DNA of 49,962 nt from an uncultured Candidatus Saccharibacteria bacterium (GCA_964587465.1 CAZPLH010000001.1:1-49962), one strand, 5' to 3'. Shown: positions 17,029-24,684, counted from the stretch's first letter. Numbers and translations are program-made. Notes: a model not told the origin generated them from the sequence alone.

Positions 17029-17751
17029 ATGATTGATATAACCGGCACCTACAGCAATACTCAAATTAAAAAGGCCATAGAAAATGGTCATATTGTGTGC
17101 GTACCGCTTGTGCCCGAGCATATAAACGGTAGTAGCGTCGACGTTACGCTTGGTATGCACTTTTATCGTATTCAAGACCGCCGCGTTGGCTCGTTGGTGT
17201 ATAACCCGTACGAAAAAGCCCAGGTGGACAAGCACTTTGTCTATAGCAAAGCAGAAACACATAAAGAAGTCATAGAACGGCTTGGTGTTGAACCGCTCGA
17301 AAACATTCCGCTTGACCAGTTAGTAATACATTTAGAGCCCGGTGAGCGTATTTTAGGACACACGCATGAGTTTATTGGCATTAAGGCGCCCGGTACTAGC
17401 AGTATGCAGGCACGTAGTACTACTGGCCGTAACGGCATTGCCGTGTGCTTAGACGCCGGGTGGGGTGACCCAGGTTACATAAACCGCTGGACTATGGAAA
17501 TTTATAATATGCACCAAGAAAAGCATATGTTTTTACCTGTTGGTTCGCGCATAGCGCAGCTGGTGTTTTACCACACCGGGCCAGTAGAGGGCGAGTACAG
17601 TGGACTCAGCGGCAAATATCAATCTGTCGGTGCCGATAATTTAGATGAACTTATTGCAAGCTGGAAACCCGAGCAAATGCTGCCCAAAGCATACAAAGAC
17701 GTATTGGTGCCGTATGTGCCACTTGTGTGTGACGAGGTGAAGGAGAGCTAA
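17029..17751 (+). CDS. dcd: dCTP deaminase family protein (dUTPase superfamily)
   Basis: 'SSVDVTLG', 'SMQARSTTGRNGI' and 'DAGWGDPGYINRWTMEIYN...RIAQLVF' motifs. The start is chosen at Met 'MIDITG' because the track ORF's N-terminus runs into the divergent promoter region. Confidence 0.8.
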   Translation: MIDITGTYSNTQIKKAIENGHIVCVPLVPEHINGSSVDVTLGMHFYRIQDRRVGSLVYNPYEKAQVDKHFVYSKAETHKEVIERLGVEPLENIPLDQLVIHLEPGERILGHTHEFIGIKAPGTSSMQARSTTGRNGIAVCLDAGWGDPGYINRWTMEIYNMHQEKHMFLPVGSRIAQLVFYHTGPVEGEYSGLSGKYQSVGADNLDELIASWKPEQMLPKAYKDVLVPYVPLVCDEVKES

Positions 17752-18426
17752 ATGGCTTTAATTGTAGATTTTGAAGGTAATGATGGTTCTGGCAAAGGGG
17801 TTCAGTTCCAGCTTTTGCAGGACCGACTCGCCATAGAAGGCAGAGAAGTATTGGCGTTGTCTTTTCCTTACCTTCAATCGGAATCTGGGCAAGAAATTGA
17901 TGCTATGTTGCACGGCGAAAAACCGGCCGACCCGTATGAAATGGCAACAGTGTATGCCAAGAACCGTCTCGAACGCTTACCAGAAATTAGAGAAGCCATG
18001 GGGCGTGGTGCCGTATTGTTGTTCGACCGCTATGTGCCATCAAACATTGTGTTCCAAACCGAACGCCTAGAAGGTGCAGCGAAGCAGCTAAGCATGCGGC
18101 ACTGGATAACCGACATGGAATACCGTTGGAATGGCTTGCCTGAACCAGATTTGACTATTGTGCTTGCCGTTAATGCTAAGGTTGCAAGGCTTAACATGCT
18201 CGGTCGTGACCCACGGACTAACGTTGAAAGCTTAGATATTATTGAAAAAGACACAGCACTGCAAGAACGTGCCGTAGCCGCCTACGACGCACTCTGCCAA
18301 GAGCACCCAGATACGTATCAAAAAGTTGACTGCGTAGATGAGCGCTTAGGTAGAATGCGCGACCGCGACGTTATTCATGCCGAAGTGTGGTCGTTGGTAG
18401 CCAGAAAACTAGGTATAGAGCACTAA
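17752..18426 (+). CDS. tmk: Thymidylate kinase-like protein with an atypical Walker A
   Basis: 'IVDFEGNDGSGKGV' (GKG instead of GK[ST]) and the 'FDRYVPSNIVFQ' DRY motif. The ATG immediately follows the dcd stop. Confidence 0.7.
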   Translation: MALIVDFEGNDGSGKGVQFQLLQDRLAIEGREVLALSFPYLQSESGQEIDAMLHGEKPADPYEMATVYAKNRLERLPEIREAMGRGAVLLFDRYVPSNIVFQTERLEGAAKQLSMRHWITDMEYRWNGLPEPDLTIVLAVNAKVARLNMLGRDPRTNVESLDIIEKDTALQERAVAAYDALCQEHPDTYQKVDCVDERLGRMRDRDVIHAEVWSLVARKLGIEH

Positions 18427-18430
18427 AAGT

Positions 18431-19888
18431 ATGGCCGGCACGCTTATTGCGCTCGAATCAACGAATCAGCAGCTACTAAATAAAACTGCACGGTATTTGG
18501 CGTTAAAACTACAGACAGAAGGTAAAAGCGTAGAGGTTTTAAGCTTTCCGCAAGCTAAACAAAGTAGCGGACATTTTGTACAATCTCACCAAAACGGCGA
18601 ATATGGGCAGGTAAACCCGTACGCCGCAAGTATGTTTTATATTTTAGACCGGTACGATGCCAGCCCGCAGATTAGGCAATTTTTAGAACAAGATGTAATA
18701 GTTATTTGCAAAAGCTACCGTGGTACAAGCCTTGCCGAATTAGGTGCGCAAATTAGCGATGCTGAAACACGCAAAGGCTTTTACATTTGGGCAGATAGTT
18801 TAGAGTCTGGCACTTTTAGTGTGCCACGCCCTGATGTCGCAATTGTATTAAGCGAAGAATTGCCAACATTGTACGAACTATGCGAGCTATTCCCTAAAGA
18901 TTATATTTTTGCCATAGACCCAACTAAAATCCGCAATATGCTTAACAAACTCATCCCTCCAGCACCTGCTGTTCGAAAAAAACAGGCTGCGACCAAAATA
19001 AGCTGGATTGACGCATTGCGCGCACTTGGAGAGGGCAGGCAGGTAGATTTTGCTCCTACTAACTCGTACGTAACACTTGCGAACAAATCGTCGCAGCATA
19101 AAGCATATGCCAAAGGATTGCATGAGCTAGAAGAGCTTAAAAAAATCGCGCTTAGTAAATTGCCCGAAGCGGAACACGCGAATGCCGGTCACCAAGTGAC
19201 ACCAGTCGGGCATATGGGTGCAACAACAAGTGAACTCCCGCAACGTGGGGGCTATAAAAATCGCATTCTTACAAAGCTCATTGCCCAAAATTTCGAGTCA
19301 AATTATGGAGAACTCAACGACGAGGTGTGTGTAGTCACACGTTCATACCGGAACGAATTAGGCGCACTTCCAGAATTGCTTTCTGGCAGAACTGAACAGA
19401 ATATTTCAGAGCTTATTGCATTAACGGCCACAATGCCAATTACTAAAAAAATAGAATTGTATAAAGCGTATTTAGCTGGTTACGACAATGACCCGGCTGA
19501 CTATAGCTTAGCCGCGCTACAGCTTACCGTAGCGCTACGAATTTCATATGCAGATTTGTGGACTCTGGCCCGTAAGTTGCCGAGTATCCGCTTTTCGTTT
19601 CAAGAGCCAACCCCACGGTGGGGCTATGACATTACAAAAAGTCAGCAAAACGCAGAAGGCGAGCTTGAAAACTGTTATTTAGCAAGCCTGAAACTTTTTA
19701 GCGAGCTTGAGGCAGCGAATGAGCCTAAAGCTGCAAAGGCAGTGGTGCTACAGGGGCACTTTACACAGGCTGTAGTTACGCTTGACGGCTCTGCAATGCG
19801 CAACTTTGCCGCCGTTGCAGACCAGTCATCGGCATTGCAACGTTTGCAAAATGTAATTACGGAACAATTTCCAATTATAAGTTCTTAA
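18431..19888 (+). CDS. Fusion protein: P-loop-less thymidylate-kinase-like domain plus ThyX-like domain lacking the RHRxxS signature
   Basis: N-terminal 'LIALESTNQQLLNKT...LDRYDA...KSYRGTS' follows the Tmk layout without GxxGxGK. C-terminal 'LTVALRISYADLWTLARKLPSIRFSFQEPTPRW' and 'AKAVVLQGHFTQAVVTLDGSAMRNF' align by eye with the ThyX core (RHR becomes RKL, SxRY becomes TPRW). Confidence 0.45.
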   Translation: MAGTLIALESTNQQLLNKTARYLALKLQTEGKSVEVLSFPQAKQSSGHFVQSHQNGEYGQVNPYAASMFYILDRYDASPQIRQFLEQDVIVICKSYRGTSLAELGAQISDAETRKGFYIWADSLESGTFSVPRPDVAIVLSEELPTLYELCELFPKDYIFAIDPTKIRNMLNKLIPPAPAVRKKQAATKISWIDALRALGEGRQVDFAPTNSYVTLANKSSQHKAYAKGLHELEELKKIALSKLPEAEHANAGHQVTPVGHMGATTSELPQRGGYKNRILTKLIAQNFESNYGELNDEVCVVTRSYRNELGALPELLSGRTEQNISELIALTATMPITKKIELYKAYLAGYDNDPADYSLAALQLTVALRISYADLWTLARKLPSIRFSFQEPTPRWGYDITKSQQNAEGELENCYLASLKLFSELEAANEPKAAKAVVLQGHFTQAVVTLDGSAMRNFAAVADQSSALQRLQNVITEQFPIISS

Positions 19889-19897
19889 GTAGTGCTT

Positions 19898-19938
19898 GGG
19901 GCGGGGCCGATGTCTTGTAAGACTATCGGCCCCGCCCC
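19898..19938 (-). terminator. GC-rich hairpin downstream of the 79-aa high-GC ORF (no U tract)
   Basis: GGGGCGGGGCCGAT...ATCGGCCCCGCCCC, a 14-bp perfect stem. The loop is extended by GTCTT/AAGAC pairing. Confidence 0.45.
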
Positions 19939-19967
19939 ACAGTGGGCATGTTCGCGGGTTGCGCTAC

Positions 19968-20207
19968 TTAGCCCGGTAGTGGCGCGGGTGCTGCCTGGGC
20001 AGCATCGGTCAGGTCGGTCACCTGCTTGCTTCGCTTCTCGCGAATGGCTGCGCCGAGGCGCTTGATGTCGTTCTTCTGATCTGATGGTGCCCCGAAGCTT
20101 GCTGCTTGCAGCTCCAGCTCACGCAGGTAGCTGCTGGCGCCGTCGCAGTCCCCCTTGTCCAGGCACTCGTAGGCGCAATCGATAAGATCGAGCGGACTTG
20201 CCACCAC
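19968..20207 (-). CDS. Hypothetical small helical protein in a G+C-rich segment
   Basis: 79-aa ORF with GTG start 10 nt after AGGAG. Strong G/C preference at third codon positions, unlike its neighbours. Confidence 0.45.
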   Translation of the reverse strand: MVASPLDLIDCAYECLDKGDCDGASSYLRELELQAASFGAPSDQKNDIKRLGAAIREKRSKQVTDLTDAAQAAPAPLPG

Positions 20208-20275
20208 TAAACATCAGCTCCTTTCACCCAAGCTGTCTTGCCGCCAAACGGTTTGGCGACAAGATTACTAAAATG

Positions 20276-20311
20276 AAAAACCGAGTTCTTTGCTGGAACT
20301 CGGTTTGGTTT
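20276..20311. terminator. Rho-independent terminator of the GGDEF gene (bidirectional shape)
   Basis: AAAAA-CCGAGTTC-TTTGCTG-GAACTCGG-TTTGGTTT. On the minus strand the stem is followed by TTTTT. Confidence 0.65.
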
Positions 20312-20424
20312 CAAAAAGAAATATCGTTCCAGCAGCTATACGTCAATAATCAGCACCAGCACGTGGCTCTGAATTGATTGTGCGTAGCTTAGTAACGACA
20401 TATATGTAGTAAAACATACTGCGC

Positions 20425-21108
20425 TTACGAATCAAAGTTTTGGCGGCCAAGTTTAAGTTGATACATCTCGCTATCGGCAGCTTGTAATGCTTCTTGCGCT
20501 GAACCATAGTCGGCGACGTTAACAAATCCAAGTGAAAACGTAACTGGCTCGCCGTATAAGTCGGTAGCTTTAGCAATTGCACGCTGGTGAACGAGCGGTG
20601 GTAGGGTACGCAGTACGTCTGGGTCGGCGAGTGATACCCGTACCAAAAAAACGAATTCGTCGCCCCCATAGCGACAAATGGTGTCAGACGGTCGAAGCGC
20701 TCCTCGAAGCCCATCGGCAACAGCCTTAATGAGTTGATCTCCGGCAGCGTGCTTGTCGGGGTGCTCGTCGTTTACGCGTTTTAACCCGTCAATATCTGCA
20801 AAACACAGTAAAATAGCCCTCGGGAAATCGCGTTGTTCGCCTTGCTCTTGGGCAACAATAAATCGTTCGAGTTCATCTATACAAAATTCATCGAAGAAGC
20901 GTCGTGAGTTTATGCCGGTTAACGAATCGATCCAGGCAATACGTTCAAGCCTTTCGTTGGCAGTTCGCAGTCTTTCGTTTTCGGCGAGTAATTTACTGAC
21001 AATTGTCTGCAAGCTTGCGAGTGCAAACCGAGCATCGCTCTCAATGGTAACCTCGGGCGTGCTAGTAATATCTATCGATGGTTCTGAATTGTGTGGTTGT
21101 GTAGTCAT
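20425..21108 (-). CDS. Diguanylate cyclase (GGDEF domain) with an N-terminal coiled coil
   Basis: 'RYGGDEFVFL' active site with an 'RPSD' I-site 5 residues upstream. 'DSLTGINSRRFF' is the start of the GGDEF domain. Confidence 0.85.
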   Translation of the reverse strand: MTTQPHNSEPSIDITSTPEVTIESDARFALASLQTIVSKLLAENERLRTANERLERIAWIDSLTGINSRRFFDEFCIDELERFIVAQEQGEQRDFPRAILLCFADIDGLKRVNDEHPDKHAAGDQLIKAVADGLRGALRPSDTICRYGGDEFVFLVRVSLADPDVLRTLPPLVHQRAIAKATDLYGEPVTFSLGFVNVADYGSAQEALQAADSEMYQLKLGRQNFDS

Positions 21109-21262
21109 AATAAAAAATCTCCGGCAAAACCAGAGAATATACGAGTATTGTCCGGTTTCGCTACTAGCTCGGTTATGTACAAGCGACCAGATACATACAT
21201 AACGTCTTTGCTTACTAATTTGTGATAATTATCATACTACAAGATTGAATATATAGCAATAG

Positions 21263-21291
21263 TTGACCGTAGCTGCCGTATCTGTTACCAT
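21263..21291 (+). promoter_or_regulatory. Putative promoter of rplJL
   Basis: TTGACC - 17 nt - TACCAT with an extended -10 TG (atcTGtTACCAT). Confidence 0.45.
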
Positions 21292-21297
21292 AGATAC

Positions 21298-21467
21298 GAA
21301 TTACCAAAGACAGTGACTGGTAGCGATGCCTTAATTTGTCACCGAGGTGAAATAATCTAGTTTTAGCTTGTTTCAATCCTTTGGTAGTGTCCAAAGGAAT
21401 TTTTATTTCCAGGACAGAACATTTACAAATTGGTCGATTGTAAATAACTAAACAAGGAATCTATTCT
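21298..21467 (+). promoter_or_regulatory. rplJ 5' leader with an attenuator-like hairpin (candidate L10 leader)
   Basis: About 170-nt untranslated leader. TCCTTTGG-TAGTGT-CCAAAGGA followed by ATTTTTATTT at 21377-21409. A second AT-rich hairpin ATTTACAA/TTGTAAAT at 21421-21445. Confidence 0.4.
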
Positions 21468-21992
21468 ATGGCGTTAAGCAAAGAACAGAAATCTACCGTT
21501 GTTGCCGACCTTACCGAACTTCTTTCGGGCTCTAAGATGACCGTTGTTGCCGAATACAAAGGCATGACCGTTAAATCTATGCAGAAGCTCCGCAAAGACG
21601 CAAAAGGTAATGGTACGTCAGTAAAGGTAGTAAAAAACCGCTTGGTTAAACAAGCGATTAGCGGCGTTGACACCCTTAAAGGTGTTGAAGTAGCTGCACT
21701 ACAAGGTCAGCTTTTGTACGCATTTAACGATGCAGACGAAGTTGCTCCTGCAAAAGCGCTGAGCGACTTTGCAAAAACTGAACCAGCTTTACAGTTTGTC
21801 GGTGCAATTACCGCTGAAGGTGCTTTTATTAGCGCTGACGAAGTAAAGGCGCTTGCAAGCCTACCAAGCAAGAATCAGCTTATTGCTGGTGTTATTAACA
21901 CTCTTAACTCACCTGTGCGTGGTGTTATGGGTAGCCTTTCAGGCAACCTTCATGGTCTTCTACAAGGTCTTGAAGCTAAAGCAAGTAATTAA
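21468..21992 (+). CDS. rplJ: 50S ribosomal protein L10
   Basis: 174-aa ORF with the typical L10 pattern ('VVAEYKGMTVKSMQKLRKD'), immediately upstream of rplL. Confidence 0.93.
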   Translation: MALSKEQKSTVVADLTELLSGSKMTVVAEYKGMTVKSMQKLRKDAKGNGTSVKVVKNRLVKQAISGVDTLKGVEVAALQGQLLYAFNDADEVAPAKALSDFAKTEPALQFVGAITAEGAFISADEVKALASLPSKNQLIAGVINTLNSPVRGVMGSLSGNLHGLLQGLEAKASN

Positions 21993-22010
21993 TTACAAGG
22001 AATCTACACA

Positions 22011-22391
22011 ATGGCAGATCTAAAGAAACTCGCTGAGCAACTTGTTGCTCTTACCGTTCTAGAAGTGAACGAACTTGGTACAATTTTGAAAGACGAATAT
22101 GGTATTGAGCCAGCAGCCGCTGCAGTAGCAGTAGCAGCAGCACCTGCAGGTGATGCAGGCGCACCAGCAGCAGACGAAAAGAGCGAATACGACGTTATCC
22201 TTAAGGATGCAGGCGCTCAAAAAGTTGCTGTTATTAAGGCAGTTAAAGACGTTACCGGTCTTGGCCTTGGCGAAGCAAAAGCTATCGTTGACGGTGCTCC
22301 AAAGCCAGTACTAGAAAAAGCTAAGAAAGAAGATGCAGAAGCAGCCAAGAAAGCTCTTGAAGAAGCTGGCGCAACTGTAGAACTTGCTTAA
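22011..22391 (+). CDS. rplL: 50S ribosomal protein L7/L12
   Basis: N-terminal dimerisation helix, Ala-rich hinge and C-terminal '[27 protein letters not shown]'. Confidence 0.95.
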   Translation: MADLKKLAEQLVALTVLEVNELGTILKDEYGIEPAAAAVAVAAAPAGDAGAPAADEKSEYDVILKDAGAQKVAVIKAVKDVTGLGLGEAKAIVDGAPKPVLEKAKKEDAEAAKKALEEAGATVELA

Positions 22392-22412
22392 TTTTAGTTC
22401 TAACAGTAAATT

Positions 22413-22440
22413 ACCCACCTGAAATATGGTGGGTTTTTGC
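22413..22440 (+). terminator. Rho-independent terminator after rplL
   Basis: CCCACC-TGAAATAT-GGTGGG followed by TTTTTGCTTTT. Confidence 0.8.
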
Positions 22441-22498
22441 TTTTCAGGGGTTGGCGAACCTAGTTATCCACAGCAACGCGCGTAATACTGTTGCAAGA

Positions 22499-22528
22499 TT
22501 GACATTTATCACACGTTCATGATATGGT
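22499..22528 (+). promoter_or_regulatory. Putative promoter of the 169-aa ORF
   Basis: TTGACA - 18 nt - TATGGT with TG at the extended -10 position. Confidence 0.4.
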
Positions 22529-22582
22529 ACGGATATTAGGAGATAAGGGAAACAAAAACCCAAGGGAAGAAGGATAACTGCG

Positions 22583-23092
22583 ATGTCCGATATGCCAGAA
22601 AAACAAATCAAGCGACTGCGAAGCCTGATTAGCGAAGCCGAAACAAATTTGGCTGCTGCTAAAGAACTTTTGATTAGCCTTGTGGGCGAAGACCCAGTGG
22701 TTACTTCAACAGCGCGTGAAAACATTTCGGGCAAAGTGCTCGAAGGTGTGTTCGACGGCCAAAATATGGTTGGTAGCGACGGTAAAACATACCCTGTGCC
22801 GGCAAACTACGCGAGCAAGTCTAAGCTTGTCCAAGGCGATATTCTTAAGCTAACCATTGGCGATGACGGTGCATTCTTGTACAAGCAAATTGGACCAATC
22901 CCACGCAAACAACTTGTTGGCGTGCTTGTGCAAAAAGAAGGTCATTACTTTGTAGAAGTTGGCGACCACAGCTACCGTGTATTACTTGCAAGCGTAACCT
23001 ACTTTAAGGCAAAGCCAGGCGACCAAATTAGTGTCAACGTACCAGAAGATGACACCGAAGCAGAGTGGGCTGCAATAGAAGCCGCACTATAA
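22583..23092 (+). CDS. Hypothetical protein (N-terminal helix plus beta-rich C-domain)
   Basis: 169-aa ORF with a purine-rich leader and its own terminator. No motif I can name. Confidence 0.55.
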   Translation: MSDMPEKQIKRLRSLISEAETNLAAAKELLISLVGEDPVVTSTARENISGKVLEGVFDGQNMVGSDGKTYPVPANYASKSKLVQGDILKLTIGDDGAFLYKQIGPIPRKQLVGVLVQKEGHYFVEVGDHSYRVLLASVTYFKAKPGDQISVNVPEDDTEAEWAAIEAAL

Positions 23093-23110
23093 AAACTTCA
23101 TTCGATTGTT

Positions 23111-23140
23111 AAAGGGAGCTGGGTCTCCCTTTTTTATTTT
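23111..23140. terminator. Bidirectional rho-independent terminator
   Basis: AAAGGGAG-CTGGGT-CTCCCTTT followed by TTTATTTT. It overlaps the stop codon of the convergent nucleotidyltransferase gene. Confidence 0.7.
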
Positions 23141-23949
23141 CCGGTTAGTTCGTGGAATGCGGCAAGCGCCTCAACGGAGGCAAGTAGCGCGCCTTCGAGA
23201 GCTTCGAAGTGCATTTCTCCTAAAGCATCAGTATAGTAGCGAAGATCTCTTTTGCCTGTACGGATGTCTTCCATGAGCTGTGAATACTCCGCATCAAGAC
23301 TAGACAGTAACTCCAAGTGCGCTACAAACGAATTAGGTAGTTGCGGAACCGTAATATCTAGTGCCTGTAGGAATCGGCGGCCAAAAGCGCGAGGTAGTTC
23401 TAAGGCTCGCTGCATATCACGGTAATTTTCATTGTCCTCGGAAGATTTAGTGAACTTTTCCTTTTTATGGATAATATATTGCCGTAATGACTCGAGGGGG
23501 TCTAGCTCACAGGGAGTTACTAATCCTGTAATGGACTCAAGCTCGTCGGGCTTTTCTATAAACGGACCACCATCTCGTTCGGCGCTGGCGAGATAATCTA
23601 AAAACAGAGTGTCTATCGTGTGTTCTCCTGCCTTTGCTTGCGATTCGGTCATGACTATCGGCTCCACAGTAAGTCGTTTTTCCCAGGCGGCGCCATGCAA
23701 GCTGCAAACGTAATCATGAAACTCATTCGGGCTAATGTCATCGGGTACTATCGCCAAAAAATCTACATCTGAGCGTACTGTTGCTTCTAGCCGCGCTGTC
23801 GACCCGTGAACCATTGCGCCAATGATAGGAAATTTGGCGTGCGTAATTTCGCTTCTTAATGCTAGAAGCTCGCGCGCAAGCCTATAGTGTGCTCCATCGT
23901 CCGGATATCTACCTCGACCAATTTCGTCGGGACTGTATACTTTACCCAT
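23134..23949 (-). CDS. Pol-beta superfamily nucleotidyltransferase with a helical C-terminal (possibly HEPN/KNTase-like) domain
   Basis: 'GAMVHGSTARLEATVRSDVDFLAIV' (GS...DxD NTase core). The C-terminal helical half contains 'RQYIIH' (Rx4H). Confidence 0.65.
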   Translation of the reverse strand: MGKVYSPDEIGRGRYPDDGAHYRLARELLALRSEITHAKFPIIGAMVHGSTARLEATVRSDVDFLAIVPDDISPNEFHDYVCSLHGAAWEKRLTVEPIVMTESQAKAGEHTIDTLFLDYLASAERDGGPFIEKPDELESITGLVTPCELDPLESLRQYIIHKKEKFTKSSEDNENYRDMQRALELPRAFGRRFLQALDITVPQLPNSFVAHLELLSSLDAEYSQLMEDIRTGKRDLRYYTDALGEMHFEALEGALLASVEALAAFHELTGK

Positions 23950-24020
23950 ATCGCCTCATAGTGCTCCAAGCTCTAACAGATTGCAAGCACAAGCAATTTG
24001 TGCGTAGAATCAACAACAAA

Positions 24021-24047
24021 ACAGCGACAAATGCGTCGCTGTTTTTT
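24021..24047 (+). terminator. Orphan terminator-like hairpin in the tdk upstream region
   Basis: ACAGCGAC-AAATGC-GTCGCTGT followed by TTTTT. It lies about 11 nt downstream of a TTGCAA-18-TAGAAT promoter-like element (23981-24010). Confidence 0.5.
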
Positions 24048-24096
24048 ATACTGGTTGTAAAGCTGCGAAATAAAAATAGTAAAAAGAGGTGTTAGT

Positions 24097-24684
24097 GTGG
24101 CTAAGCTTTATTTTAGATACAGTGCAATGAACAGCGGTAAAACCACGGCGCTTATTCAGTCTGCCTTTAATTACGAAGAGCGTGGCATGCGTGCTTTAGT
24201 GCTAAAACCGGGCGTTGATACTAAAGGTGGGCAAGAAATTGTTTCGCGCATTGGCGCTAAACGGAAAGTAGACGTGGTACTTGCGTCTGAAGCAAGCGCC
24301 AAAGAAGCAATTCAGGCATTCCGTGGCAGCACGGAGCTATACTGCATTTTGGTAGATGAAGCTCAGTTTTTACAGCCATCACAGGTAGATGAGCTGTTTT
24401 GGTACGCCGTTAACGAAGATGTGCCAGTGCTCAGTTATGGGCTACGCACCGACTTTAAGGGCACTGGGTTCCCGGGTAGTACACGGCTTTTAGAGCTTGC
24501 GCATGAACTACAAGAACTAAAAACCATATGCCGGTGCGGCAAAAAAGCTTTATTCAACGGCCGAAAAGTAAATGGAAAATTCGTAGCCGAAGGCGACCAA
24601 GTGGCAATAGACGGCGAAGATGCGGTAGAGTATGAATCACTGTGCGCACGCTGTTATCAAAACGAAGTTTTAGGAATTCTGTAG
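24097..24684 (+). CDS. tdk: Thymidine kinase
   Basis: 'MNSGKTTALI' P-loop, 'VDEAQFL', and zinc ribbon 'CRCGKKA...CARCY'. GTG start after AAGAGG. Confidence 0.9.
   Translation: MAKLYFRYSAMNSGKTTALIQSAFNYEERGMRALVLKPGVDTKGGQEIVSRIGAKRKVDVVLASEASAKEAIQAFRGSTELYCILVDEAQFLQPSQVDELFWYAVNEDVPVLSYGLRTDFKGTGFPGSTRLLELAHELQELKTICRCGKKALFNGRKVNGKFVAEGDQVAIDGEDAVEYESLCARCYQNEVLGIL

Noticed and set aside
20343-21202. ORFs 20343..20720 (-) and 20753..21202 (+) overlapping the GGDEF gene
   Set aside because: They are alternative or antisense frames of a gene with unambiguous GGDEF motifs. Neither has an independent signal.
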